This document shows, piece by piece, positions 37,230-47,488 of a stretch of 64,000 nt of DNA. A model generated the notes under the pieces. It saw only the letters and a list, made by a program, of their open reading frames with translations, had not been told where the DNA came from and made no database searches. The stretch is from Candidatus Bathyarchaeia archaeon (GTDB lineage: Archaea; Thermoproteota; Bathyarchaeia; 40CM-2-53-6). The translations under genes and the position numbers were made by a program. The stretch spans positions 608,001-672,000 of the forward strand of contig JBEKFP010000002.1 in the NCBI GenBank assembly GCA_050013255.1, in the 5' to 3' direction. Numbering within the stretch: position 1 is the first letter of the stretch; each line of letters opens with the position of its first letter.

Positions 37230-38420
37230 ATGAACGTTTATTACATGGGCGGCTTGGCTTATGATTTGAAACTTAGAGGAATCCTATTGTTAGGTCAACT
37301 AGGCGCCATAATTCTCGAAACCGGATTATTCGGCTCAGGCGGAGTCAGCAATTTAGTGAACATTCTGTTCTTCGTTATGTTCTTTGGTTTCATGTTGTTT
37401 GGTCAACAAATTCAAAGTCGAATTGCCCTAATGCAAATAGATGGGGCTGTTAGAAAACTTGAAAACATGAGGGACAACGCGAAATCTCTCACAATAAAAG
37501 TGCTTCGGGACGTAGGCAAACCCAAGGACGACCCGACAGCGCGATTGAATTCGTTGCTTGAGCAATTCCTCATTGAGCCCGTGAATATGGATCCATCTGG
37601 TGTGGTCAGGAAGTTCGATCACCTGCTCGACGTTCGGGAGTCGAAGTTCAAATCGGATGTGGCTAGAATTGCGCCCGAAGCGAATCCTTCACAGGTCAAC
37701 AATCTCGAGAACCTAGTCGAAGCAGCTTGGGCGCTGAACTACATGTTCAAGGTTGTTCGGCATTTGTACCTGCTCGGCAAGAAGACTTTCAGCATCTTCG
37801 TCATATTCCAGCTTCAGGCGTTCCTACCACTAATCATGATGGAGGCGGATGCTTACCAAGGGGCGACGAAGGCCTTCGCGGAAGGGCACCCGATAGGTGA
37901 CGGCGCTGGCGCGCTTGTGGCGTCGAGGTTGATGCGCGGCCACGAGGCTAGGAAAGTTGAGAAGGACATGGTTGCGGCCGAGACAACTTTGGAAGGCCGG
38001 AGAGTTATTGCGTTAAAGGCAGAGGGCCCAGGCGGGAACGTTGGAAAGCCTGGTGACGCCATCCGCCAGGTCCTGGAAGAAAACAACGGAAAAGCATCAA
38101 TGATAATCATGGTTGATGCTGCGTTGAAACTAGAGGGAGAGAAGACAGGGGAAGTTAGCGAAGGAATCGGCGCTGCGATTGGTGGCATTGGGACAGAACG
38201 GTTCAAGATTGAAGAGGAAGCAACGAAATTCGGCATACCCGTCTACGCCATCGTAGTCAAACAAAGCATACAGGAAGCAGTCACCACCATGAAGAAGGAG
38301 ATCGCTGAATCCGCTGAAACTGTCATAGAGAGAATAAAGCGGCTAATCGTTGAACGCACCAAAGAAGGCGAACTTGTCATAATCGCTGGCATCGGCAACA
38401 CCGCCGGCATCGCACCATAG
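37230..38420 (+). CDS. DUF1512 family protein (start probably further downstream)
   Basis: IEPVNMDPSG, PIGDGAG, KAEGPGGNVGKPG, VDAALKLEGE, GIGNT. Confidence 0.85.
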   Translation: MNVYYMGGLAYDLKLRGILLLGQLGAIILETGLFGSGGVSNLVNILFFVMFFGFMLFGQQIQSRIALMQIDGAVRKLENMRDNAKSLTIKVLRDVGKPKDDPTARLNSLLEQFLIEPVNMDPSGVVRKFDHLLDVRESKFKSDVARIAPEANPSQVNNLENLVEAAWALNYMFKVVRHLYLLGKKTFSIFVIFQLQAFLPLIMMEADAYQGATKAFAEGHPIGDGAGALVASRLMRGHEARKVEKDMVAAETTLEGRRVIALKAEGPGGNVGKPGDAIRQVLEENNGKASMIIMVDAALKLEGEKTGEVSEGIGAAIGGIGTERFKIEEEATKFGIPVYAIVVKQSIQEAVTTMKKEIAESAETVIERIKRLIVERTKEGELVIIAGIGNTAGIAP

Positions 38421-38430
38421 GCGACGACAC

Positions 38431-38823
38431 ATGAGTGGCAAGCCTTCAACATTCTACCCATACATACTGATCGCCTTCGGATTGGTGATCCTAGCAATTT
38501 CAATGTGGGCAATGGTACAAGCCCTCGATTACTATAACGCTGGACAATTCCCACAGTTTTTCGTGTACGGTATAATGGCAACTGTAGGCACCGTGCTCGC
38601 CATATCATCAATCACACAAATGCGCCGCCGAATGGTCGTCCTACAACACATCGCCGCCAAAGTACTCAGCGTCGTGCTCTGCGCGAACTGCGGATTCAAA
38701 GTGGTTAGGACATTCAGCGTCGGGGACTACGTGACTAAGGAAGTTGGGCAATGCCAACAGTGCAAGGGCAGCATGCGTGTCGACTCCATCTACGCTGATG
38801 ACCTTAAGCCAAAGAAAATCTAG
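38431..38823 (+). CDS. Membrane protein with C-terminal zinc ribbon
   Basis: Two TM segments, CANC..RTFSVGDYV..CQQC; follows DUF1512. Confidence 0.75.
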   Translation: MSGKPSTFYPYILIAFGLVILAISMWAMVQALDYYNAGQFPQFFVYGIMATVGTVLAISSITQMRRRMVVLQHIAAKVLSVVLCANCGFKVVRTFSVGDYVTKEVGQCQQCKGSMRVDSIYADDLKPKKI

Positions 38824-39716
38824 GCAGTTAAGACTCGGCAACCATTCTCAGTCACGATTATCGTATGCTCCGCCTGAGCAACAACGTGGCCGCTCGCTTC
38901 GACGAGCACAGGGTAACCAACAATACACCGACGCTTCACTAGTTCCCCAAACGCCGCTTGGAAATTGGTACTGCGCCAAGAGTTATGCGCCCAACGAGCC
39001 GCGAAAGGTAGAGTTTTGTATGTATCCCTAACAAACTCAGCAAGTTTAACGGCTTCATCTGTTTTGGCACCTTTTGCCTTAACAAAACGGTAGATGTACG
39101 TGGAATCGCCATCGCGGACAGCACCCTCAGCACTTTTCAACGTAACAAAAGGCTCGATTGCATAGACTTCGCCCACCTCAAAGCGGCCGCTCTCCATCCC
39201 TGAAACGTTAGGAACCGACTTCCCTGCATGTATCGTGTAGCGGTCTATTTTGTGGCCGGTCAAGTTTCTAATCGGCTTGAAACCGTACCTCTCGATGCAG
39301 CGTTCCACCACACTACCGATTTCCGACAGCTTTCGTCCGGGGGCTACAGCTGCAAGCGCCTCCTGGAGAGCAGCCTCAGCCGCGACTTTCATAGACTCAT
39401 AAGCTGGGTCTAGTGCCATCGTTATCGCTGTATCTGTTACGAAGCCATCGAGCGCTACACCGAAATCCACCTTCACTATACAATCCTCCGGAATCTTGCT
39501 GGTGTCGTCCCACGGGCTAGTATAGTGGGCGGCCACGTCATTGATTCCGACATTGCATGGAAAAGCTGAGTCCGCCCCCAGGCTCTGTATCTTTCCCTCT
39601 ACCTTCTCACACACTTCCAGAACGCTCCTGCCGGCCACGGGAAGGGTTTTCACGAACTCTCGAACCTCGGCAAGGATTCGCCCGGATTTTGTGAACATTT
39701 CAATTTGCTGGCTCAA
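38820..39716 (-). CDS. map: Type II methionine aminopeptidase
   Basis: AFPCN, AAHYT, KVDFG..DTA, NLTGH, AIEPF, AQAEHT. Confidence 0.96.
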   Translation of the reverse strand: MSQQIEMFTKSGRILAEVREFVKTLPVAGRSVLEVCEKVEGKIQSLGADSAFPCNVGINDVAAHYTSPWDDTSKIPEDCIVKVDFGVALDGFVTDTAITMALDPAYESMKVAAEAALQEALAAVAPGRKLSEIGSVVERCIERYGFKPIRNLTGHKIDRYTIHAGKSVPNVSGMESGRFEVGEVYAIEPFVTLKSAEGAVRDGDSTYIYRFVKAKGAKTDEAVKLAEFVRDTYKTLPFAARWAHNSWRSTNFQAAFGELVKRRCIVGYPVLVEASGHVVAQAEHTIIVTENGCRVLTA

Positions 39717-39774
39717 CAGCAGCTAAACCTTCCTTATGGAGGATTTACTGGGGATCCTCGTACATGTGACAAGC

Positions 39775-39966
39775 TTACTGCTTCTTTGCAACCTTCACCA
39801 TTATCCGGCCAAGCCGCTTATGCCCGGTGTTAGATACTCCCACTCTTATTCTGTGCCTAGGGTAAACTCTTCCGTTGAAAGTGCTGTTGAAATTATAGGG
39901 AGCAATTATGGTCCAACCCTCACCATCGAAGATGCCTGCGCTGTAGGCCACATCAGTAGCGTTCAT
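39775..39966 (-). pseudogene. Truncated LAGLIDADG endonuclease fragment fused to a GHKRLGR tail
   Basis: AYSAGIFDGEG and RVGVSNT, followed by GHKRLGRIMVKVAK. Confidence 0.6.
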
Positions 39967-40157
39967 TTGTTAGCTCCAGACTTGGCGATCTTTATGAGCA
40001 GTCTGCCCAAACGTTTGTGTCCCGCAGTCATGTACCATTTCAGCCACCAGACGGCTAAAGCTTTGACCGCTTCTTGATCTAGGGATGCGAGGTCTCTTTC
40101 TGCCTCTTCCGCTGCCGCGTCCATTTTAGCCAAAACATTGCCTTTCTCGTCACTCAT
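39963..40157 (-). CDS. Small hypothetical protein (WWxKWY..AGHKRLGR motif)
   Basis: GGGGAG SD before ATG 40157; 64-aa helical protein. Confidence 0.65.
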   Translation of the reverse strand: MSDEKGNVLAKMDAAAEEAERDLASLDQEAVKALAVWWLKWYMTAGHKRLGRLLIKIAKSGANK

Positions 40158-40324
40158 AGCTACTCCCCAGCAACATGGCATCAATGGAGCTTCTAGAAGT
40201 TTACCCTATTTCTGCCGCAGCGGCTATTTGATTTATACAACTCGCCCGTTATGATATACGCACATTAATTGTGGGGAAGCAACTAAGTCGGAGCGTAGTT
40301 TCTGAAAGCGGGAGAACCTGAGCT

Positions 40325-41461
40325 GTGTCAGTCAATAACGAGGAAATGGTGGTCACCCCTTGGGAAGTTACGGGTAAAATCGATTATGATAAGCTGATAA
40401 GGGAATTTGGGACCCAACCCCTTACCCCAGAAATCCTAGACACGATTAGGAAGCACACCGGCGAATTACACCCTCAACTCGCTAGAAGAATTTTCTTCTC
40501 ACACAGGGATTTGGATTGGATTCTGCAGAGGTATGAAGCCGGAGAGAAATTCGTACTCTACACAGGGCGGGGCCCTTCTGGGCCGGTCCACATAGGTCAC
40601 CTGGTCCCCTGGATCTTCACCAAGTACTTGCAAGACAAGTTCGGCGCCAAACTCTACTTCCAGATCACAGACGACGAGCGGTTCCTCCAACACGATGAGT
40701 TCTCGATGAGTGAACCGGCGAAATGGGCATTTGAGAACGCACTCGACCTGATCGCCCTAGGCTTCGACCCCAAGAAAACCCGAATCATACTGGACACTAA
40801 GAACATGGACGCCCTTTACAGCCTCGCGATTAAGATCGCTAAGCATGTGACTTTCTCAACCGCCAAAGCGGTGTTCGGCTTTCGGGAGAGCACGAACATA
40901 GGCATGGTCTTCTATCCGGCTATCCAGGCGGTTCCAGCCTTCCTGGAGTCGCAGCTAGTGGGACATAATGTCCCGTGCTTGATCCCGGCGGCTATCGACC
41001 AAGACCCTTACTGGAGGATCACCCGGGATGTTGCACCGAAGTTAGGGTTTTACAAGCCCGCGCAAATTCACTGCCGCTTCGTGCCTGGACTTGGGCGCGG
41101 CGGAAAAATGTCTGCATCAATGCCTGAAACTGCAATATTCACAATAGATAATCCTCAACAAGCGAAAAAGAAGGTCATGAACGCATTCACAGGCGGACGA
41201 GCCACGATCGAGGAACAGAAACGGCTTGGCGCCAATCCTGACATCTGCTCCGTTTTTGCCTACGACTACTTCCTATTCATGAACGACAAGGAGATTGAAG
41301 ACCTACGCTACAACTGCCTCGCCGGAAACATCATGTGCGGAGAATGCAAACTCACACTCGCGGAACGAGTTGAGGAGTTCCTCATAGAGCATCAAGCGAA
41401 GCGAGAGAAAGCCAAAGACAGATTCGAGGAATTCCTCTTCAACCCCAAAGACTCGTGGTAA
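40325..41461 (+). CDS. trpS: Tryptophan--tRNA ligase
   Basis: VTPWEV, YTGRGPS..HIGH, IDQDPYWR, KMSAS. Confidence 0.96.
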   Translation: MSVNNEEMVVTPWEVTGKIDYDKLIREFGTQPLTPEILDTIRKHTGELHPQLARRIFFSHRDLDWILQRYEAGEKFVLYTGRGPSGPVHIGHLVPWIFTKYLQDKFGAKLYFQITDDERFLQHDEFSMSEPAKWAFENALDLIALGFDPKKTRIILDTKNMDALYSLAIKIAKHVTFSTAKAVFGFRESTNIGMVFYPAIQAVPAFLESQLVGHNVPCLIPAAIDQDPYWRITRDVAPKLGFYKPAQIHCRFVPGLGRGGKMSASMPETAIFTIDNPQQAKKKVMNAFTGGRATIEEQKRLGANPDICSVFAYDYFLFMNDKEIEDLRYNCLAGNIMCGECKLTLAERVEEFLIEHQAKREKAKDRFEEFLFNPKDSW

Positions 41462-41586
41462 ACAATCTATTATAGACCCAGCCGCCTATAGCTGCGAAGC
41501 TTCGAGGTTGAGCGTATGATTGCAGGTGACCGCGTTTTCAGGCCTCAACGCAGCACTCCAGTTGTCCTCTGAGCTAATTTCCCTGA

Positions 41587-43149
41587 ATGCCGCGTGGAGC
41601 AGGCACGCAAACTCCATGGGAGCGCAAATTCTTGCTTGATATGCGTGAGAACGAAGCCGCGGTAATGCGTGGCCTACAATCCTCCGGCGGCAACTGCTCA
41701 TTCGAAGAATTAGTACTAAACACTAACCAGAGTAGTGCCGCAGTCACGCGAGCCTTAACGACTCTGCAAGAGAAGCAATTTGTTCGAGTGACGGAAGCTG
41801 AACGAACAATCCTGAAGCTTACAGAAGAGGGAATGAACTACGCAAAACAAGGTTTGCCCGAAAGACGGCTTCATCATGCTGTTCTTGAGCTAGGAGGCGA
41901 AGCAACTCTTGACCAGGCGGCGAGACGTGCCAATATAGCCGCGAACCTCGCTTCCGTCGCATTGGGATGGATTAAGGTCGCTGGGTGGTGCGAGGTCACA
42001 ACTCAACTTCAAAGAGTAGTACTCAAAGCGTCCGGCATACCTGACAAGACCGATTTAGAAAAGTCACTGGAAATTCTATCAATCAAAACCGAGACCACGC
42101 TCGAGGAATTACCAAAACCTCTACGCGAAACCGTTGAGACTTTGAAAAGACGAAAGTTGGTCATAAGCAGGAAGCAGACTAAGCGTTACACGGAACTAAC
42201 CTCGCAAGGTTGGAAAGCCCTTCAGGAAGGGATAACTGTCCCGGTAGAAGTGAGCGACCTCACCCCCGAGCTACTCGTGTCCCAGCGATGGAAAAGCGCT
42301 ACGTTTCGAAAATACAACATAGCGGCTTCAGTCACTCCGACCTGGCCCGGGAAGAGACAACCGTATCGGCTGTTTCTTGACAACTTGAAGAATAAACTCG
42401 TCAACCTTGGGTTCAAGGAAATGACCGGACCCGCGGTCGAATTGATGTTCTTCAACTGCGACGCGCTCTTCATGCCGCAGGACCATCCCGCACGCGAAAT
42501 TCACGACATTTACTTCATCAAGACGAAGGATAGGGGGAGCCTAGCAGAAAATGAACGCTTCATGAACCCCGTTTCGAGCACACATGAAAACGGTTGGAAG
42601 ACGGGGTCGACTGGTTGGAAGTACTCCTACTCACGCGACGAAGCACTGAAGCTCATACTCAGAAGCCAAGGAACCGCTCTAAGCGCCCGGACCCTCGTCA
42701 GCAAGGAGCTGCAGATACCGGGGAAGTATTTCTCACTCGTGAGATGCTTTAGACCTGATCAAGTAGACCGCACTCACCTTACAGAATTCAATCAAGTTGA
42801 AGGTATAGTGGTAGGCGCTGGCCTGTCACTAAGGGACCTTTTGGGGGTGCTCGAACGCTTCGCCATAGACATTGCGGGCGCGGACAAAGTCCGTTTTAGG
42901 CCGGATTACTTCCCCTTTACCGAACCAAGCGTGGAGCTGCAAGCCTACAAGGAAGGTTATGGGTGGCTTGAGTTCGGCGGGTCAGGAATCTTCAGGCCTG
43001 AACTGACACTCCCATTAGGAATCAAAGTGCCCGTGATCGCCTGGGGCATAGGCGTGGACAGGCTGTACATGATGCGCGCTGGAATCGATGACATACGCTT
43101 CCTTTTCGCCCAAGACCTCGAATGGATGAGGAAGCAGAAGGTCCTCTAA
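41587..43149 (+). CDS. pheS: Phenylalanine--tRNA ligase alpha subunit
   Basis: FMPQDHPARE, RCFRPD, YFPFTEPS, AWGIGVDRL. Confidence 0.96.
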   Translation: MPRGAGTQTPWERKFLLDMRENEAAVMRGLQSSGGNCSFEELVLNTNQSSAAVTRALTTLQEKQFVRVTEAERTILKLTEEGMNYAKQGLPERRLHHAVLELGGEATLDQAARRANIAANLASVALGWIKVAGWCEVTTQLQRVVLKASGIPDKTDLEKSLEILSIKTETTLEELPKPLRETVETLKRRKLVISRKQTKRYTELTSQGWKALQEGITVPVEVSDLTPELLVSQRWKSATFRKYNIAASVTPTWPGKRQPYRLFLDNLKNKLVNLGFKEMTGPAVELMFFNCDALFMPQDHPAREIHDIYFIKTKDRGSLAENERFMNPVSSTHENGWKTGSTGWKYSYSRDEALKLILRSQGTALSARTLVSKELQIPGKYFSLVRCFRPDQVDRTHLTEFNQVEGIVVGAGLSLRDLLGVLERFAIDIAGADKVRFRPDYFPFTEPSVELQAYKEGYGWLEFGGSGIFRPELTLPLGIKVPVIAWGIGVDRLYMMRAGIDDIRFLFAQDLEWMRKQKVL

Positions 43150-43150
43150 C

Positions 43151-44863
43151 ATGGTCACCATACTCACCCGAATAGACGACCTAGAGCAGTTAGTCGGCAA
43201 GAAACTGCCGCGAAGTCACGAGCAACTGAACGAGATACTCTACTCGGTCAAATGCGAACTGTCCGGCCTAAGCCGAACAGAACCCATCCTAGAAGACTCC
43301 GAACTTCAACTTGAGAACAAGGATACAAACCGGCCGGACACTTGGAGCACCGAGGGCATAGCCCGCGCTCTGAGAGGTTTGCTGGGAATTGAAGTCGGCC
43401 TTAAGACCTACGTGCCCACCGAGAAACCTGCCGTCCAAATCAAAGTCGACAAAGAACTGAAGGACATCAGGCCGTTCATTGCTTGCGTGGTCGCCAGACA
43501 CACGAAACTGAACGACGTTATCATTCGCGGGTTGATCCACCTCCAAGACAAGCTTGACCAGAGTTATGGAAGGAAACGCCGAAGATCATCGATCGGTTTC
43601 TACGACTTTGACTTGATTACTCCTCCACTGCGCTACGGCGCGGTGGGGCCGGACGATGTAGAATTCGTGCCCCTCGAAGGAGACAAGACGATGTCGCTCC
43701 GCGAAATCTTGGAAGCCCACCCGAAGGGCCTAGAGTACGGTCACATCCTTAAGGAGCATGAGAAAATGCCCATCCTGCTTGATGCAAAACAAAAAGTGCT
43801 CTCCTTCCCGCCCATCATCAACTCTAACGACCTAGGACGGCTCACACCAGACACAAAGAACGTACTCGTCGAAGTTACAGGTTCGTCTGAAGAAACCGTA
43901 ATGAACGCCGTCACCATCCTCACAACCTCCCTCGCCGACCGGGGAGCCAAAATCTCACCAGCCACAGTCCAGTACATGTACGGTAAGGTGCGGACACTGA
44001 AAACACCGGACCTCAACGAAAGACGAATCAAACTATCCATCGATAGCCTGAAAAGTCTAATCGGCCTGGAGCTCAGCCGCCCCCAGATAGTGTCGCTGCT
44101 TCGCCACGCACGATATGATGTGACAGGTTCTGCTGGGAAACAACTGAACGTTCGTGTCCCATGCTACCGGTTGGATATTCTACATCCAGTTGACATAATC
44201 GAAGATGTGGCCATCGCTTACGGCCTAAACAAAATGGAGCCGAAATGGCCATCGGATCTAACAATCGGCGGCCTCTCACCGATGGAAGAGTTCTCGGACA
44301 ATGTGAGGGCGTTGATGGTAGGACTTGGGTTCCAGGAGATGCTGGGGTTCATGATGACAAACGAGGAAAAGTTGTTCACGAAGATGAACAAGCAACCTGG
44401 CCAAGTGGTTGAGATTGCGAACCCGAAGATTATGACAATGAGATGCCTACGCCCCTGGCTGCTGCCAGACTTGATGGACTTCCTAGCGAACAACACCCAC
44501 GTCGAGTATCCTCAAAGAGTGTTTGAGGCCGGAGACTGCACAATCTGGGATCCGACCGTTCCGAACCGGGCGAGAGATATCCGCAGGTTGGCCTGCGTCT
44601 CATCTCACTCGAAAGCCAATTTTACGGAGATGAAATCTTACCTCGAACCGCTCATGCTCAACCTTGGATTCGAATTCACATTGAACCAAACCCTTGACCC
44701 AAGCTACTTGGAAGGTAGGGTCGGTAGCATTCTTATTGGCGAGCGAGAGGTTGGAGTAATAGGAGAGGTTCACCCACAAGTCCTCGAAAATTGGAAACTA
44801 GAAGACCCCGTAACCGCAATGGAGCTTGACCTTGACCAACTCTTCCAGTTGCAAAGACATTAG
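43151..44863 (+). CDS. pheT: Phenylalanine--tRNA ligase beta subunit
   Basis: NRPD, SFPPIINS, RLDILHPVDIIEDVAIAYG, GEVHP. Confidence 0.96.
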   Translation: MVTILTRIDDLEQLVGKKLPRSHEQLNEILYSVKCELSGLSRTEPILEDSELQLENKDTNRPDTWSTEGIARALRGLLGIEVGLKTYVPTEKPAVQIKVDKELKDIRPFIACVVARHTKLNDVIIRGLIHLQDKLDQSYGRKRRRSSIGFYDFDLITPPLRYGAVGPDDVEFVPLEGDKTMSLREILEAHPKGLEYGHILKEHEKMPILLDAKQKVLSFPPIINSNDLGRLTPDTKNVLVEVTGSSEETVMNAVTILTTSLADRGAKISPATVQYMYGKVRTLKTPDLNERRIKLSIDSLKSLIGLELSRPQIVSLLRHARYDVTGSAGKQLNVRVPCYRLDILHPVDIIEDVAIAYGLNKMEPKWPSDLTIGGLSPMEEFSDNVRALMVGLGFQEMLGFMMTNEEKLFTKMNKQPGQVVEIANPKIMTMRCLRPWLLPDLMDFLANNTHVEYPQRVFEAGDCTIWDPTVPNRARDIRRLACVSSHSKANFTEMKSYLEPLMLNLGFEFTLNQTLDPSYLEGRVGSILIGEREVGVIGEVHPQVLENWKLEDPVTAMELDLDQLFQLQRH

Positions 44864-44864
44864 G

Positions 44865-45006
44865 TTCGTTGGAGAGGCACCAGAGCCGCCCACCTCCGAG
44901 AGAGCCAACTGAGTGGGGCGATGCCCTCCGGTGAAGTTTGCGTGTTAGTGTCGTGGGCGATAGGGGTCGGATCGTTCCGGCCCTGCGGCGAATCCCCTCC
45001 AACGAA
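44865..45006. ncRNA. Unassigned structured intergenic element (candidate ncRNA or tyrS leader)
   Basis: 10-bp terminal stem TTCGTTGGAG/CTCCAACGAA enclosing further stems CACCAGAG/CTCCGGTG and GGGGTCGGA/TCCGGCCCT. Confidence 0.5.
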
Positions 45007-45053
45007 AGAAGAATAGCACAGCCCACACAATTAGAACTTGAGAGGGAAGAAAC

Positions 45054-46142
45054 TTGGACGTAGAAACACGACTAGGTCTCGTCTCTAGGGACACTGAAGA
45101 GATCATAACACGAGAAGAGCTACGAACGATTTTGGAGACTAAGAACCGCCCACGCGCTTACTGGGGCTTCGAGTCAAGCGGGATGATGCACATAGGGATG
45201 GGCCTCGTGTGCGGCAGGAAGATCATGGACCTAATTGAGGCTGGTTTCGATTTCAACGTATTCCTCGCCGACTGGCATGCTTGGATAAACAACAAGCTAG
45301 GAGGTCGGATGGAAAATATTCGAACCTGCGGAGAATACATCAAACAATGCTTCACCGCGATAGGGATCCCACCCTCGGTGGCCACGTATTCTTGGGCGTC
45401 TGATTTAGCGGGGAAAAGGGAATACTGGGAAAGGGTTGTACGAATCGGCAAGTCCATCAACGTAAACCGAGTATGGCGTGCGCTGCCAATTATGGGCAGG
45501 GAAATGGATAGCAAAGACCTCGAAGCCGCCTCAACCTTTTACCCATGCATGCAGGCGGCCGACATATTCGAACTACAGGTAGACGTCGCATGCGCAGGAA
45601 TAGACCAGAGAAAAGCTCACGCCTTAGCACGCGATGTCGCAGACAAGCTAAGATGGCCGAAACCAACAAGCCTGCACACACCTCTGCTCATAGGGCTAGC
45701 AGGGGCGAAAAGGATGGACACGGGCAAGTTCGATGAAAATCGGGAGGTCAGCTTCCAAATCTCCTCTAAGATGTCAAAGAGCATCACGGAAAGCGGAATA
45801 ATCGTCCACGACGAACCAGAAACAATCACGCACAAACTCAAGGGTGCCTACTGCCCCCAAAAGGAAACAGAGAACAACCCAGTCCTCGAAATCGCTCGCC
45901 ACATCATCTTTCCTTGGGCCAAGTCAGTCACAATGGATAGGCCGAGCAAGTACGGCGGCCCCGCAACATTCACCACGTACAAGGATCTAGAAACGGAATA
46001 TCGCCAAGGTAAGATTCACCCACTCGATCTGAAGACCTCAGTTGCGGAAGGCCTCATCAAAATCCTCGAACCAGTCCGAGAAGAATTCGAGAAACGTCCA
46101 GAACTACTTCACAAAATGGAACAAATGGAAATAACAAGGTAA
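45054..46142 (+). CDS. tyrS: Tyrosine--tRNA ligase
   Basis: AYWGFESSG..HIG, YPCMQAADI, GIDQRKAH, KMSKS, HPLDLK. Confidence 0.96.
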   Translation: MDVETRLGLVSRDTEEIITREELRTILETKNRPRAYWGFESSGMMHIGMGLVCGRKIMDLIEAGFDFNVFLADWHAWINNKLGGRMENIRTCGEYIKQCFTAIGIPPSVATYSWASDLAGKREYWERVVRIGKSINVNRVWRALPIMGREMDSKDLEAASTFYPCMQAADIFELQVDVACAGIDQRKAHALARDVADKLRWPKPTSLHTPLLIGLAGAKRMDTGKFDENREVSFQISSKMSKSITESGIIVHDEPETITHKLKGAYCPQKETENNPVLEIARHIIFPWAKSVTMDRPSKYGGPATFTTYKDLETEYRQGKIHPLDLKTSVAEGLIKILEPVREEFEKRPELLHKMEQMEITR

Positions 46143-46151
46143 CAACCCGCA

Positions 46152-46643
46152 ATGCGTGCCCCCGCCGAAGTAAGGCTTGAACGGTTAGAGAAACTCATTC
46201 AACGAGTCACCCACGAGTCTGAACAAGGCGGCATCATCATAGTCGAAGGAACACGCGACCGAGAATCCCTCCGCAAACTAGGAATCCCTGGGACAATCCT
46301 CTGCTTGCAGAGCAGCCGAAAAAACCCGGCAGGCTTCGTTGAGGATCTGCAGCCATATAGTAAGGTGATAGTTCTCACGGACTTCGACCACGAAGGCGTC
46401 TTTCTAGCGAAGCGTCTCGCCCGGACATTATACTACCAGAAGATTCACGTGAACCTGGTCTTATGGCGCGAGCTCCGAGGATTGACACGATCGGACGTTC
46501 GCAGCGTAGAAGAACTACCGAAATTCCACTCCCGTCTTAGGACCGTAGTATTTTTCGGCCCTCAGTCCACCGGACGTGAATATGAAAACCCATATTTCGT
46601 AGGGAGGCACAAAGTGCGAAGCAAGTTTCTGAGGAAACCTTGA
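46152..46643 (+). CDS. Small TOPRIM-domain protein
   Basis: IIVEGTRD, IVLTDFDHEG. Confidence 0.88.
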   Translation: MRAPAEVRLERLEKLIQRVTHESEQGGIIIVEGTRDRESLRKLGIPGTILCLQSSRKNPAGFVEDLQPYSKVIVLTDFDHEGVFLAKRLARTLYYQKIHVNLVLWRELRGLTRSDVRSVEELPKFHSRLRTVVFFGPQSTGREYENPYFVGRHKVRSKFLRKP

Positions 46644-47303
46644 ATGCGATTCAATATTCTTCTGTCATGCATTCTAATCTTAGTCTCAATATGTGCAATT
46701 CCACCGGCAATTCTGAACTCTAGGCCGGCGGATACTTCTACGACAACCGTGACACTAACCACGATTTTTCCAATTGCAAATGAGACCTACTGTGGCGTGG
46801 ATGCGGCGCCCATACCGTTCACAGGACCAGTCCACATAACCTTCCATTCAACTCTGCCCATGGATTTTTACATCTTCCAAACCCTCAACTACATTCCTTG
46901 CGGACAACATCTCCGAGTTGAGGATCTGGCGTCGAATGGATGTGTACTCGCGGAATGGGATGCCACTAAACTCAACCTCAACCAAAGTCTCCCATCAGCA
47001 TATTTCATATTCCTTGTCGCATGGGGCAAACCTGCGGATATCAACGGCGCGACTGCAACCATCATAATGAGCGGAACTCCTCAAAACACCAGCACGACGC
47101 AAGTTAACCTTACACCTTACACAACAATGCATCCTAGCACCTCAGCATCACTTGAGATGCCTCAACCACCACGAACTGCCTCGACACAATCAACAAGCAT
47201 CACAGAAGAAGCATTGGGTGTGGTCGTCATAGCCGGAATCGCATTATACCTACTCGTGAGGAGACGCGTCAAGCATTCTCAGAAGTTGTCAGTGCCACCC
47301 TAG
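46644..47303 (+). CDS. Secreted/surface hypothetical protein with C-terminal TM anchor
   Basis: Signal peptide, Thr/Ser-rich linkers, TM followed by RRR. Confidence 0.65.
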   Translation: MRFNILLSCILILVSICAIPPAILNSRPADTSTTTVTLTTIFPIANETYCGVDAAPIPFTGPVHITFHSTLPMDFYIFQTLNYIPCGQHLRVEDLASNGCVLAEWDATKLNLNQSLPSAYFIFLVAWGKPADINGATATIIMSGTPQNTSTTQVNLTPYTTMHPSTSASLEMPQPPRTASTQSTSITEEALGVVVIAGIALYLLVRRRVKHSQKLSVPP

Positions 47304-47488
47304 TTAACAGCTTAACCTAGAATCCTGCTTCTCAACTGATAACAACATCTCTCATCTCTCCGTGTCAACGCCTGCCCCGTTCGGATATTTCGTGCACGGC
47401 GTTTTAGTGCATCGAGCGAAATTTGCAATGCAAAATAGTGCACCTGCCGCCAAACCATTCAGACCGAGTTCAATTTCCATCGGAGACC

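Noticed and set aside
44865-45006. T-box riboswitch or RNase P assignment for the structured element before tyrS
   Set aside because: No UGGNACC T-box, no Tyr specifier in a Stem I context and no RNase P P4 motifs; kept only as an unassigned structure.
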